Shown here in pieces: positions 27,818 through 37,037 of a stretch of DNA of 64,000 nt. Each line of letters opens with the position of its first letter. The first letter of the stretch is position 1. Made by a program: the position numbers and the translations under genes. The stretch is from IMG/VR virus record IMGVR_UViG_3300032782_000001, positions 310,001 to 374,000 of that record. The stretch is one strand, 5' to 3'. Under the pieces are notes generated by a model, which saw nothing but the letters and a program-made list of their open reading frames with translations, was not told the origin of the DNA and ran no database searches.

Positions 27818-28261
27818 TTAGGATTCCATGACATCTCGGATTTCGGTCATGGATTCTTTGGACCAATATTCTTTGAGCTTCTTGGTTGCATAAGCCGCCC
27901 ACCTTCGAATTTTCGGGCGACCTTTTATGCATTGTGTATATTTATATTCAGAAAAACTGTTTTGGTAATTTTCATGATGATAACAGAAATCGAAAGAAAA
28001 AGAACAGCCATTTCCGTTGCCATAAATGGCAACGGAACCATTAATCTTGCCCACTTCCTTTACTCCGAGATGAATATCTGCGGACACAATCGTTCGGAAG
28101 TCGAAATTATCTCGATAAATCCGGCAATTGGAAACTTGGAAACCAGCTCGTTCTAAGGGACGAATGGCAGCTTTAAGGCAATCTTCACCATAAGCGATAG
28201 ATATATCCCTCTTAGGTGAGGGCCTAACGTCTTTCTTGTGCCTGAGTTTCCTGATGGTCAT
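27818..28261 (-). CDS. Hypothetical protein with C-terminal IRDVMES tag
   Basis: 147-aa ORF. Confidence 0.65.
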   Translation of the reverse strand: MTIRKLRHKKDVRPSPKRDISIAYGEDCLKAAIRPLERAGFQVSNCRIYRDNFDFRTIVSADIHLGVKEVGKINGSVAIYGNGNGCSFSFDFCYHHENYQNSFSEYKYTQCIKGRPKIRRWAAYATKKLKEYWSKESMTEIRDVMES

Positions 28262-28367
28262 CAGTGCCGCAATTCCGTACTTTATTTGTGACCACGTTTG
28301 AGCGTCGCCGTCGCGGCTTCACGTTTGCTGCCCGTAGCTGATAAATAGTACGCTGGAGTGATGGAAT

Positions 28368-29342
28368 TTACAGATCTTCGAAATCTGACTCAAACAAAGA
28401 TCGCCAGCGACGCCGGTTTTCTAACCATATCACATATTCATTTGTGATTTCAGCACGATTAGCGATTCTTAGGAATTCCGGTGCGTTAGTTTCAAGCAGG
28501 AGCTTCTGTGCCAACATTTGATCTGGCACAGGGATTTCAATTTTGGACACGATGCAAAATTCATATCCATCACAACGAATGTTGTGGGAACCGAAACTAC
28601 TTATAGTATAGGTTTTACCGTCACTGCCAATGGTTTGGAAACTTTTGGTTGCCAGGTACTGGTCACGCTGAACGGTAGAAAGGTGACTAGTAAGTAAGAT
28701 TTCAGCCCTACGAAGGCATTCTAATTTGGCCTTTCGGAGTGCGGCAGATTCACAAGCCCTGCGCATATCAGGAGACATGGAGACTAGCGCTTCTTGAGTA
28801 ATTCCCTCTTCCACGAGCAATCGCGCTTGTGTCCGCAAAATACGATCCGCCGCCATCTTCCGTTGCATCGCGGCGCGTTTTGCGACCCGAGACAACATCA
28901 TGGCAGTAATAGCAGGATGAATACGGGTGAAGTCTTCCCCATGAGGAGGGAAAGCGGCTTTCCAAGCCACCGGAAGCACCTCATCTAAAGATCCTGAAAA
29001 ATGAAATTCACCAGGACCCGGAATAAACATGAGCCCGATGTTCGCAAAACTGAATTCCCGACTAACAGTCCGGAAGACTAGTGTGAAGACACCATCGCCT
29101 CGAGTCTCATTGAGACGATTTTTCAACCAACGGAGGAATTTCCGACGGTGGAAAGGCTGGAATTCGAAGAGCGGGACTACGGGTCGAGAAGACGCGTACC
29201 CGACAGGGTCGACATTCAAGAAATCGAAGTTGGCAGGATGGACATACCATCCGTCTTCGTTCCATGTCCCGTGGGCCGGGACACGATCATATACTGGAAT
29301 GGAACCTTCTTCTAACCAATCGAAGAAGATGTTGATCGCCAT
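28368..29342 (-). CDS. Hypothetical protein
   Basis: 324-aa ORF. Confidence 0.65.
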   Translation of the reverse strand: MAINIFFDWLEEGSIPVYDRVPAHGTWNEDGWYVHPANFDFLNVDPVGYASSRPVVPLFEFQPFHRRKFLRWLKNRLNETRGDGVFTLVFRTVSREFSFANIGLMFIPGPGEFHFSGSLDEVLPVAWKAAFPPHGEDFTRIHPAITAMMLSRVAKRAAMQRKMAADRILRTQARLLVEEGITQEALVSMSPDMRRACESAALRKAKLECLRRAEILLTSHLSTVQRDQYLATKSFQTIGSDGKTYTISSFGSHNIRCDGYEFCIVSKIEIPVPDQMLAQKLLLETNAPEFLRIANRAEITNEYVIWLENRRRWRSLFESDFEDL

Positions 29343-29347
29343 AAATG

Positions 29348-29561
29348 TGGAGGACGGGAGGGTTTGAGAAGCGAGTCAGGTTAACTCACAGCTGAACTTT
29401 CAGTTCTGAATCCTCACGGCTGAGAGCTGATTGGCCCAAAGGCTTGACAGCTAACCGCTAGGATATCGGTGACGTTCGCTTATGATGCCCTGTTAAGGGG
29501 CGCCATTCCCGTGAGGGAATAGGTATCCCGACTACGCAGCTCTCGCCCTTCCCGTCCCCCA
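29348..29561 (-). ncRNA. Structured RNA downstream of the coiled-coil gene, with a 7-nt periodic tract
   Basis: Minus-strand closing stem TGGGGGACGGGAAGGG/CCCTCCCGTCCTCCA (its G-U pair exists only on the minus strand); internal hairpins; heptamer run at 29384-29432. Confidence 0.65.
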
Positions 29562-29570
29562 GTCCTCACG

Positions 29571-30083
29571 TCACCAGGCAGGTGCCAAAATGGTGGCGTG
29601 GTTTGCCTTCTCGACCGCGTCGTTGCACCGATCGAAATCTGCTTGGAGCTTCTCCACCTGAGAAGCACGCTCAGCTTCCGGCAGATCGCACTTCCAGGGA
29701 ACTTGGACACGACGACGCTTGCCATCGTCATCGTAGTCCCAGTCCTCTTCTTTCGTGTCCTTCTGCGCGCGAACAGGGAGCTCCTTGAGCCAACTGATCC
29801 GGGACTTCAGCTCTTCGAGATGACGAACGGCCCAGGCCAAGACGACCACTTGCCCATCGATCTCGACCTTCGTGAGCGCATTCGTGACGGCCACGCGAGT
29901 CTGAAGGGTGACGAGCTTTTGGCGTAGCGTTTCCGCCTGCTCCGTGCATTGGCCGAAGGCAAACGCAGGCGGATTTTCCGCCTTGTACGTGACGGCAGCC
30001 TTGGAACGATCGAGACGCTCCTTCAGGTCACCCTTGATCTTCTTGACCTGACGAAGCGCTTGGGAAAGAGTCATGTCAGCCAT
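29571..30083 (-). CDS. Coiled-coil protein resembling the DIP1984/'septicolysin'-like family
   Basis: MTLSQAL...LQTRVAVTNALT...DAVEKANHAT; family resemblance from memory. Confidence 0.6.
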   Translation of the reverse strand: MADMTLSQALRQVKKIKGDLKERLDRSKAAVTYKAENPPAFAFGQCTEQAETLRQKLVTLQTRVAVTNALTKVEIDGQVVVLAWAVRHLEELKSRISWLKELPVRAQKDTKEEDWDYDDDGKRRRVQVPWKCDLPEAERASQVEKLQADFDRCNDAVEKANHATILAPAW

Positions 30084-30106
30084 GGAAGCATCCTACAGTT
30101 GAAAAC

Positions 30107-30379
30107 TTAGCTGTTCATCACTTCCTCGACAATGAGTTCATCGAGGGAGATACTATGAATACTATGAAGATATCTGTCGGTCCCGTAGGTATAGCTCTTG
30201 ATGATCTTTTGAAGACCATTAATGGCGTCTTCCGGAGAAATTCCATCGGCCTGAAACTCCCGTACGTACGGGATGGTGAAAGCCGTGTATGGGCGGACAG
30301 TATACGGGACCTTCTTGGAAAGAGCCAACATATCACGACTGACAGTCACGACAACCGTGATAGAAGGTCGATCAGACAT
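30107..30379 (-). CDS. Hypothetical protein with C-terminal VEEVMNS tag
   Basis: 90-aa ORF coupled to the upstream gene. Confidence 0.6.
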   Translation of the reverse strand: MSDRPSITVVVTVSRDMLALSKKVPYTVRPYTAFTIPYVREFQADGISPEDAINGLQKIIKSYTYGTDRYLHSIHSISLDELIVEEVMNS

Positions 30380-30756
30380 TAGTTTGGAAGTCCGCCGACT
30401 TTGGCAACCCCGATAATTTCAGCCGCTTTGATGACACCACGAGCCGTCACAGGGACGATGATGGATTTCCCTTCGTTCTGAAGGGCGGCGCTTACGACGT
30501 TACACACCCACTCGATTTCGGCGTAGTAGCAGCGCTTCCTCCAATAGTCATCAATAGAGGTCCCGTCCACTAGAGCTAAGGCCATATTCCGACGTGCCTC
30601 TTGGAGTAGAATGGCGAGTTCCATGGGTTGCTTCCCACGACAAGCTTCGAAACCGGCAATAGACCCTTCCAGCTTGTTGGGTCGATCTGCGTAACTCTTC
30701 CGACAAGCAACAAGACCGTCTTCGATAATCCTGGTGAGAAAGGCGCCGTATTCCAC
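30379..30756 (-). CDS. Hypothetical protein
   Basis: 125-aa ORF; GTG start 5 nt after TACACT. Confidence 0.65.
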   Translation of the reverse strand: MEYGAFLTRIIEDGLVACRKSYADRPNKLEGSIAGFEACRGKQPMELAILLQEARRNMALALVDGTSIDDYWRKRCYYAEIEWVCNVVSAALQNEGKSIIVPVTARGVIKAAEIIGVAKVGGLPN

Positions 30757-30776
30757 GAAGCAGTGTACAATATAGG
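30757..30776. promoter_or_regulatory. Overlapping divergent -10 elements (leaderless promoters)
   Basis: Plus: TACAAT-5 nt-ATG. Minus: TACACT-5 nt-GTG. Both share the TGTACA core. Confidence 0.6.
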
Positions 30777-31400
30777 ATGCACGATTTGCGAGACGTCTTC
30801 ATCCATGATCCGATTCGACATGCTGGGATTTATGATGCAAATCCCGGAGACAACTGGTGGATCATGATGGATAAAGGAGAACCAAAAAGGGTAACCATCG
30901 GTTCTCAACCAAAGCCCGCGACCACAGAAGACGGTGAAATGACACTCGCGTTCCACGCTAACATTCGGATTCCATATTTCGAAATCGTGGACGAGGTTGA
31001 AATTCAAAAGAAGTTAGCAGAACTTCTGGTGCACGCGGCAGAAAAGCGTGGATGTTCAAAAGCCGTCAGTATCTTCCAAGTCCTGGAGAAACTTAGGGAA
31101 GGACTTGGAAACAAGCCTCTTCGGCATGTCTTGGCATCCAGGAAAACCTTCTTGGCAAAAATCCGAGATCCTTACGAGGAGGCACTTGGACCCAACATTA
31201 GAGCGCCTAAGAAATGGGCACAATTCTTCTACGAACTGAAAGGAACCAAGCCAGTTTGGAATGAATCACTGCCCGAAGGGATGTTTATTGGCACCACCAA
31301 TCAAGAAGAAGTGGGATGGGTGACGTGCTCGGGCGGCTGGTTTACCCCTGTAGGAGCTGCTGTGAATGAATCAGGAGTCTTTGGAGTCCACCTGAGTTAG
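30777..31400 (+). CDS. Hypothetical protein, possible truncated capsid-protein paralog
   Basis: C-terminal half aligns by eye with the C-terminal half of the capsid protein. Confidence 0.5.
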   Translation: MHDLRDVFIHDPIRHAGIYDANPGDNWWIMMDKGEPKRVTIGSQPKPATTEDGEMTLAFHANIRIPYFEIVDEVEIQKKLAELLVHAAEKRGCSKAVSIFQVLEKLREGLGNKPLRHVLASRKTFLAKIRDPYEEALGPNIRAPKKWAQFFYELKGTKPVWNESLPEGMFIGTTNQEEVGWVTCSGGWFTPVGAAVNESGVFGVHLS

Positions 31401-32086
31401 ACTCGGCCCATTTTGGCAGCGTAGGCCTGAATCAAGGTCAGGTAATCTCGATTCGGAGCCCCTGCGGGAGTCTGGCTGCTGGTGAACGAAATTGCTTCGT
31501 TCACATTCATGCCGTGGGCTCGTATCATGTAGCAAGCCACGACTGCTCCAGTCCTGTCTGCCCCAAGAGAACAATGGACATAAATAGCTCGAGCAGGGTC
31601 ATGAAGAAGTTCCGTAATCCGGTCCACCAAACCACACAGGTCCCAACCGGGAGACGTGAGAAAGACATGAGGATCTTGACCTTGACCTACCCCTTCAATA
31701 GGCCACCACATGAAATTGGCAGTCCTAGAAGAAGAAGAGGTACGGATTACACAAGGATGTAATTCCTCGGCATCGTAATCTGGTTGTAGGTATGGAGGCC
31801 AATACGATGGTCCCCATAAATCTGGAAGTCCAAGAGAAGACAATTCCGCCTTTAGCATAGGATGTTCACCCGTGCTGTCAATAAGGGACACTATAGTCAT
31901 AGTTGTCCCTGCGAGCTTAGAATCAATCCTATCCGCGATACCGGAATAGGCGAAAGTCCCATCTCCGAGCATCGGGAATGGTCCGCGAATGAACAAACTA
32001 CTGTTAAAACTATCCACTAGTGCTACACGAGATGGATCAAAAACTCTCACATTCAAATTGTTGGAAAAAACTTTTACGAATGACAC
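31397..32086 (-). CDS. Dual-specificity/tyrosine phosphatase
   Basis: HCSLGADRTG (CX5R motif). Confidence 0.85.
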   Translation of the reverse strand: MSFVKVFSNNLNVRVFDPSRVALVDSFNSSLFIRGPFPMLGDGTFAYSGIADRIDSKLAGTTMTIVSLIDSTGEHPMLKAELSSLGLPDLWGPSYWPPYLQPDYDAEELHPCVIRTSSSSRTANFMWWPIEGVGQGQDPHVFLTSPGWDLCGLVDRITELLHDPARAIYVHCSLGADRTGAVVACYMIRAHGMNVNEAISFTSSQTPAGAPNRDYLTLIQAYAAKMGRV

Positions 32087-32114
32087 CCGGGGAGATTATC
32101 GGTATTGTTAATGA

Positions 32115-32309
32115 ATGCCGACGTATGATTATGCCTGCGAAGCCTGTTCTCATGAATGGGAACAAGATCAGGGAATCAACGAAGAACCCATCAAAAAGTG
32201 TCCGAAATGCGGTGAAGAAAAAGCGAAGAGACTTATTGGAGCCCCTCACTTCATTCTGAAAGGTAATGGTTGGTCATCTGATGGATATGGTGGTAATTCA
32301 TCCGTATAA
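32115..32309 (+). CDS. FmdB-family zinc-ribbon protein
   Basis: MPTYDYACEAC...CPKCG...FILKGNGW. Confidence 0.9.
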   Translation: MPTYDYACEACSHEWEQDQGINEEPIKKCPKCGEEKAKRLIGAPHFILKGNGWSSDGYGGNSSV

Positions 32310-32313
32310 TAAA

Positions 32314-32553
32314 ATGAGTAGATTCCAAGATTATCTCCTTGAATTCAAGCAACGATTTGCGTCTCGACCAGGGACCTTGTTAGTATTTGAAGTGAAGTTA
32401 GAATCGCTAGTAAAACAATCGACAGCTAAAGTCCCCACTGTTCACGGGGAATGGACTGCTGTACTGATAATGCCAGATGAATCCGAAGTGGAATGTGAAG
32501 GCATGACAGGGGAAGATGCATTAGAAGGTCTTCTCATGAAGATTCGCGGGTAG
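32314..32553 (+). CDS. Hypothetical protein
   Basis: ATG 32314 is in frame with track ORF 32266-32553. Confidence 0.55.
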   Translation: MSRFQDYLLEFKQRFASRPGTLLVFEVKLESLVKQSTAKVPTVHGEWTAVLIMPDESEVECEGMTGEDALEGLLMKIRG

Positions 32554-33357
32554 TCATATTAAAATGTGTTCTTCTGACGTCGGACTGCCATAGTATTTAG
32601 CTTTATTAACTCGACATTCAATGTTTCTGGACACGCGAATCCAGCATCGAGTGTGAGTGTGGCCGGCAAGAACGACGACGTGTCGTTTATTCCTACCGTT
32701 CATGACTCGTTCGATCATGCGACCCATTGTCACATTCGTGTTGTATGGAAGCCAGAATTTCTCCATTAAAGTCCCCACTGCCCTAGTAGCCTCTACCCAA
32801 GGTGGGAAATGGGTAAGAACGTATATTGTTTTGAAATTCTCTAGTGCGGAAGTAAGTGAGGCTTCGAGAAGGTCCGCGGACGCCTGAGCGAGGGATCGGA
32901 AAGCATCAACTCTGGCTTCCATACCGGATAAAGTTAGAAAATCATAGGTTTGGAACCAGTCAGTCGTATATCGGAGCCAAGATGGATCTCCCCGCCGGGC
33001 GTCGTACCAACCCTCAGTACCTATGAGAGCTACTTCTTCGTTCAGAGAAACAACGCCAGACTCCGTCATCCAATGCAAATTAGGATATGTAGCCGAAAGC
33101 CTTCGTATATCTCCGTGGACGCTCGCGAGCGTCCTTCCGTGATAATCATGATTCCCCAAAACGAAATAAATCGGGCACGACAAGGAAGCCGCGAACTTAC
33201 CAAGACAATTCTCTAAATGAGAACCGTTACTTATATCCCCCGTCAAGAAAATTCCAGAGGGGCTTTCCACTCGTAAGTGACGCACGAGATTTCGAGTCGC
33301 CCACGGAAGAGCGAAATTTAAATGCGTATCCGTGAGCCACACGTACTTCTGGCGCAC
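32554..33357 (-). CDS. Calcineurin-like metallophosphoesterase
   Basis: DTH, GDIS, GNHD, THFPP, GHTH. Confidence 0.9.
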   Translation of the reverse strand: MRQKYVWLTDTHLNFALPWATRNLVRHLRVESPSGIFLTGDISNGSHLENCLGKFAASLSCPIYFVLGNHDYHGRTLASVHGDIRRLSATYPNLHWMTESGVVSLNEEVALIGTEGWYDARRGDPSWLRYTTDWFQTYDFLTLSGMEARVDAFRSLAQASADLLEASLTSALENFKTIYVLTHFPPWVEATRAVGTLMEKFWLPYNTNVTMGRMIERVMNGRNKRHVVVLAGHTHTRCWIRVSRNIECRVNKAKYYGSPTSEEHILI

Positions 33358-33381
33358 AGGCGTTCTGTCTTAGACGAAGTA

Positions 33382-33615
33382 TCAAGATTTCATAGGTCGC
33401 CGCTTAGGTAAAGGAGGGCGAATAAGATGCTCCGCCTCAAGCGTCAACGACCGGATCTTCATAAGTCTATCGGTAATCTCTTGGACATCTTTCGGTCCAG
33501 AAATTTTAGAATCGTCCTGAATGAATGATTCAGCTTCTTCAGCGACTTTCACAATGTTGTCCAGCAAGAGCATAAGCTCTGATTCGAGCGGCCTCTTGGT
33601 GGCATCGTCCTTCAT
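33382..33615 (-). CDS. Hypothetical protein
   Basis: 77-aa helical ORF. Confidence 0.5.
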   Translation of the reverse strand: MKDDATKRPLESELMLLLDNIVKVAEEAESFIQDDSKISGPKDVQEITDRLMKIRSLTLEAEHLIRPPLPKRRPMKS

Positions 33616-33644
33616 GACAGGACGACATACAAAGATGATAAAAT

Positions 33645-34037
33645 TTAAGCTACAATTCTATACTTCCTAGGGTGCCGGGAACGACAAGCACGACAAATCC
33701 ACACGTTTTTGAAATTGGCTTCAGCGTACGGATTGGGATCCTTACATTCAAAACAATAATACCCGCCGTCGGGCATGGCTGAAGCCACTCTCAAGAGTTC
33801 ATGCTCGAAAAGCTCCACCGCTTTCTTCATTCGGTGGATAAGGTCTACATCGTAAGACCTAATAAAATCATCGGTGACCCACCTGAATCCAGGGATGTCG
33901 CTAAGAACTAGACGATTCCGATATCCGGGCTCGACGACGACTGCGCCGATGAGTAGACCAATATACTCTCGGTTGTCGTGTCGAAGTGATTTGAAGACGA
34001 CTTCGTCACCAACGTCGAATCTGGAGGAAGGGTCCAC
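33645..34037 (-). CDS. Hypothetical protein with C-terminal CxxC...CxxC
   Basis: CFEC...CRAC. Confidence 0.55.
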   Translation of the reverse strand: MDPSSRFDVGDEVVFKSLRHDNREYIGLLIGAVVVEPGYRNRLVLSDIPGFRWVTDDFIRSYDVDLIHRMKKAVELFEHELLRVASAMPDGGYYCFECKDPNPYAEANFKNVWICRACRSRHPRKYRIVA

Positions 34038-34043
34038 ATTGGA

Positions 34044-34709
34044 TCATACGTTCGGAATAGCCCAGTCAATAGGCTTAGACCCCATACGAATAAGTGCTTC
34101 GTTTGCTTTCGAAAAAGGTTTGGATCCAAAAAAGCCGGCTGCCGCCGACATAGGACTCGGATGAGCCGCCGACACGATTGCATGCCTCCCAACATCAATG
34201 AGGAAACATTTGGATTTAGCAGGCTTCCCCCAAAGGAGGAATACAATAGGCTCTTCCCGCGCGGAAAGCTTTCGAATAACCTCGTCCGTAAATTCTTCCC
34301 AACCTTGTCCCTGATGAGATCCCGGATTCCCAGCCCGAACCGTGAGGGTCGTGTTGAGTAAAAAAACTCCTTGCTTCACCCAAGAATCAAGACAGCCATG
34401 ATTCGGCGGCTTGATACCGAGGTCTGATTCAAGCTCCTTGTAAATGTTCCTGAGGCTCGGAGGAATGGGGACACCCGAACGCACTGAAAAACATAGTCCA
34501 TGAGCTTGGCCGGGCCCATGGTAAGGATCCTGACCCAGGATGACCACCTTCACGTCGTCAAAGGGAGTTCCAAACGCATTGAAGACGTCCTCGTGAGGTG
34601 GATAAACCGTCTCCTTCTCTCGTTCCTTCTGGGTGAAAGCTTCTAGTCTCTTGAAATAATGCTTGGAGAACTCCGAGCGAAGGAACGGCTTCCAGGACTC
34701 ATGGATCAT
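34044..34709 (-). CDS. ung: Uracil-DNA glycosylase, family 1
   Basis: GQDPYH, GLCFS, PPSLRNI, LLNTTLTV, HPSPMS. Confidence 0.96.
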   Translation of the reverse strand: MIHESWKPFLRSEFSKHYFKRLEAFTQKEREKETVYPPHEDVFNAFGTPFDDVKVVILGQDPYHGPGQAHGLCFSVRSGVPIPPSLRNIYKELESDLGIKPPNHGCLDSWVKQGVFLLNTTLTVRAGNPGSHQGQGWEEFTDEVIRKLSAREEPIVFLLWGKPAKSKCFLIDVGRHAIVSAAHPSPMSAAAGFFGSKPFSKANEALIRMGSKPIDWAIPNV

Positions 34710-34733
34710 AGGCCAGAATACAATTCACGCAGA

Positions 34734-34952
34734 TTACCAGTCCCCATATTTCCTCAGGCCGTAAACGTCTTGAATCCAATAACGGCCAGGGAAAAGCTTT
34801 ATTATTGCCGTAATGAATTTGTCTGAACCGGAAGCCACGACACGGCCCATGTCGTGGGAGAAATTGACGATTTGGCCGGAGGGTTCCGTGCGGCCGTCTT
34901 CCTTCTCGATGAGATCTGCACGGCCGCGATGAATCCGGAAGATGTATTCCAT
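34734..34952 (-). CDS. Hypothetical protein
   Basis: 72-aa ORF that tiles the gap. Confidence 0.5.
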   Translation of the reverse strand: MEYIFRIHRGRADLIEKEDGRTEPSGQIVNFSHDMGRVVASGSDKFITAIIKLFPGRYWIQDVYGLRKYGDW

Positions 34953-34957
34953 GGGGT

Positions 34958-36175
34958 CTAAGAATTCACGAAGGTTGATTCATCAAGATCGATCTCGTCG
35001 AAATCTTCAAAGTCAAGGTCGTTGAATTCGTCGACGGACTCGATTTCAGACTCGGGCTCGGACTCGTTTTCACTACCAAGAATTGCTCCGATTTCGTCCG
35101 GCTTGAGTTTTGACAAGAGGTGATTGTAAGTACCTCGAGTACAATGAGCTTTCCATGCCGCTCCAGAGCTCTTCGGCACGTTGAGGAACATGCAGGCCGT
35201 ATCCGTCCCGAATTGACGTTGCATTTTCAGGTAATCTAAAATCAACTGATCTTCATCCACCTTGACGATGCCCATCAAGGGAGCTGGCATTTCCCGGATA
35301 AATTCATGGAGACGTCGATTCAGTTTGGATGACTGGCCAGGATTCCGAAAGACATGGCCCATGTAAATCACCATAGGAACACCTTTACTCCAGGAAGTGG
35401 AGCTGACGTAGTAAAGGTATTTAATAGCCAGAGGGACACAGTTAATGGACTGGCCACGACTGACAAATTGACCGCCAAGAACGTTAGCCCGGGTCCGAAG
35501 TACAAGAGTGTCTTCGAGGTAGTCAACGGCATCGGAGACAAACTGGGAAGGATCCGTGAGATATTTGTCGGGAACTTGGACTTCCGAAGAGATGAGCACG
35601 TGCGATTCAGCGAGAACCGAATTCTGTTTAATGAATTCCTTCACCGAATCTGGAGACTGGTCGGTCAGTTTATTGATGGAAGTTTCAGTAACTTTATCAA
35701 TCTCTGAACGCCAGTATTTGACATCTTCACAATAAGTCCCCTGCTCCCTTCCGGCCAGGAAACCGCATCCAAGGATAGCCCCGTCTTTAAGACCATGGGC
35801 CATAACCCCAATTACTTTCTGAATGAGAGCATCGCTTGCGGGTGAACAGAAATCCAAGAACGCAGAAACAAGTTCGCGATGAAATTTCTTCGCGATAACA
35901 AAGACGTCGTTACAGTGAATCTTGACGTCCGGGAACTTGGTCTGAGCTTGCGCCGCAGCTTCAACATTCATCTCAACGGCTACAATATTTTTGGGGTTTA
36001 CTTTCATCCCAAGAAGGACTGAAATATCACCACCCTCGCGACTGGAAAGTACGAGATGCTTTCCAGAGTAGAATTTGTCCCTACCAAGGTACTGAAGAAC
36101 GGTGATCCAATAACGGAACCTGGCGAGTTTTTTGGATGGAGACTCGCCTTTATAGGTATCAACAGAGCTGCTCAT
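34958..36175 (-). CDS. Hypothetical protein with possible SAM-methyltransferase-like N-terminal fold
   Basis: LVLSSREGGD...VAVEMN...AFLDFC Rossmann-like pattern; acidic tail. Confidence 0.5.
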   Translation of the reverse strand: MSSSVDTYKGESPSKKLARFRYWITVLQYLGRDKFYSGKHLVLSSREGGDISVLLGMKVNPKNIVAVEMNVEAAAQAQTKFPDVKIHCNDVFVIAKKFHRELVSAFLDFCSPASDALIQKVIGVMAHGLKDGAILGCGFLAGREQGTYCEDVKYWRSEIDKVTETSINKLTDQSPDSVKEFIKQNSVLAESHVLISSEVQVPDKYLTDPSQFVSDAVDYLEDTLVLRTRANVLGGQFVSRGQSINCVPLAIKYLYYVSSTSWSKGVPMVIYMGHVFRNPGQSSKLNRRLHEFIREMPAPLMGIVKVDEDQLILDYLKMQRQFGTDTACMFLNVPKSSGAAWKAHCTRGTYNHLLSKLKPDEIGAILGSENESEPESEIESVDEFNDLDFEDFDEIDLDESTFVNS

Positions 36176-36194
36176 GGGTTAGATGCAACAAATA

Positions 36195-36234
36195 CAGCGG
36201 AGCCCCGTCAACTTCCGTCGGCAGGGCTCCGCTG
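36195..36234 (-). terminator. Hairpin terminator
   Basis: CAGCGGAGCCC/GGGCTCCGCTG, followed on the minus strand by TATTTGTT. Confidence 0.6.
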
Positions 36235-36261
36235 GAGACCTTTCGGTCTAGCTTCGGCGCG

Positions 36262-36672
36262 TCACGTCTTGCAAATAACGTTTCCCCATTTCGTGGTTTG
36301 GGGGAGCCTTTCCGAGTCCACCGGGATTCCCGTGAGGATGGCGCCGGCCGCAGCACTCGGGTGTTTTGCCCTCCGCCCAACAGCTTCCTTGAAAATTGGG
36401 AAGTGGAAAGTCCTGGTCCCTGAGACCACGGGAGTCATGTGAACATGGTGAGTGATGTTCTGGTGGCATTCGAACACCCCGGCGATGAGGTCCCAAAGAG
36501 ACCTGTTCGTTCCAACGCCGCGTCGCTTCCAGGATTCCCAAAGCCTTTCCCACTCCTCAAACGCGAACATGGCCATACTACGGGCATTCGGGTCCGGAGA
36601 GTGTGAATGGACGACAAGAAGCCACCAGCGAGCAGTCGTGTGTCCGCTCCTGAAGCGAACCACCCTCCTCAC
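36262..36672 (-). CDS. Hypothetical protein
   Basis: 136 aa; GTGA overlap with the upstream gene. Confidence 0.5.
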   Translation of the reverse strand: MRRVVRFRSGHTTARWWLLVVHSHSPDPNARSMAMFAFEEWERLWESWKRRGVGTNRSLWDLIAGVFECHQNITHHVHMTPVVSGTRTFHFPIFKEAVGRRAKHPSAAAGAILTGIPVDSERLPQTTKWGNVICKT

Positions 36673-36965
36673 GGGATCACCTCCTCGACAGCCGTTCCGC
36701 TGACGCGGCGAATGGCTTCATCGATACGGGGGAAGGCCCTCTTGCGACATGAGTCGACCTGTTCCTCGAGCAGCTTCTTGATGGCCGCGCAAGATTTCGG
36801 ACCGGCTTCAATTCCGACTGCCAAAAGCTTCTTCTTGATGACGGACTCCGGATCCGGAGAACCGCCAAAATCCGTTCGGATCAGAGTCTTGGCCTTCTTG
36901 AGAACCTCAGCCGTCGACTCGCCCGAGAGGTCCGTCTTTCGCTGCCCAATCTTGCGCTCAGTCAT
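36669..36965 (-). CDS. Hypothetical protein
   Basis: 98 aa; AAGGAGG RBS. Confidence 0.65.
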   Translation of the reverse strand: MTERKIGQRKTDLSGESTAEVLKKAKTLIRTDFGGSPDPESVIKKKLLAVGIEAGPKSCAAIKKLLEEQVDSCRKRAFPRIDEAIRRVSGTAVEEVIP

Positions 36966-37037
36966 CGTTACCGCCTCCTTTAGGGGTAACGATACCGTAC
37001 AATGAGACTGTCTCGCGTTTATGCGTCGCTCTCGAAT

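Noticed and set aside
29480-29731. ORF overlapping the structured RNA
   Set aside because: It overlaps the coiled-coil gene out of frame; the 7-nt period and long stem fit RNA better.
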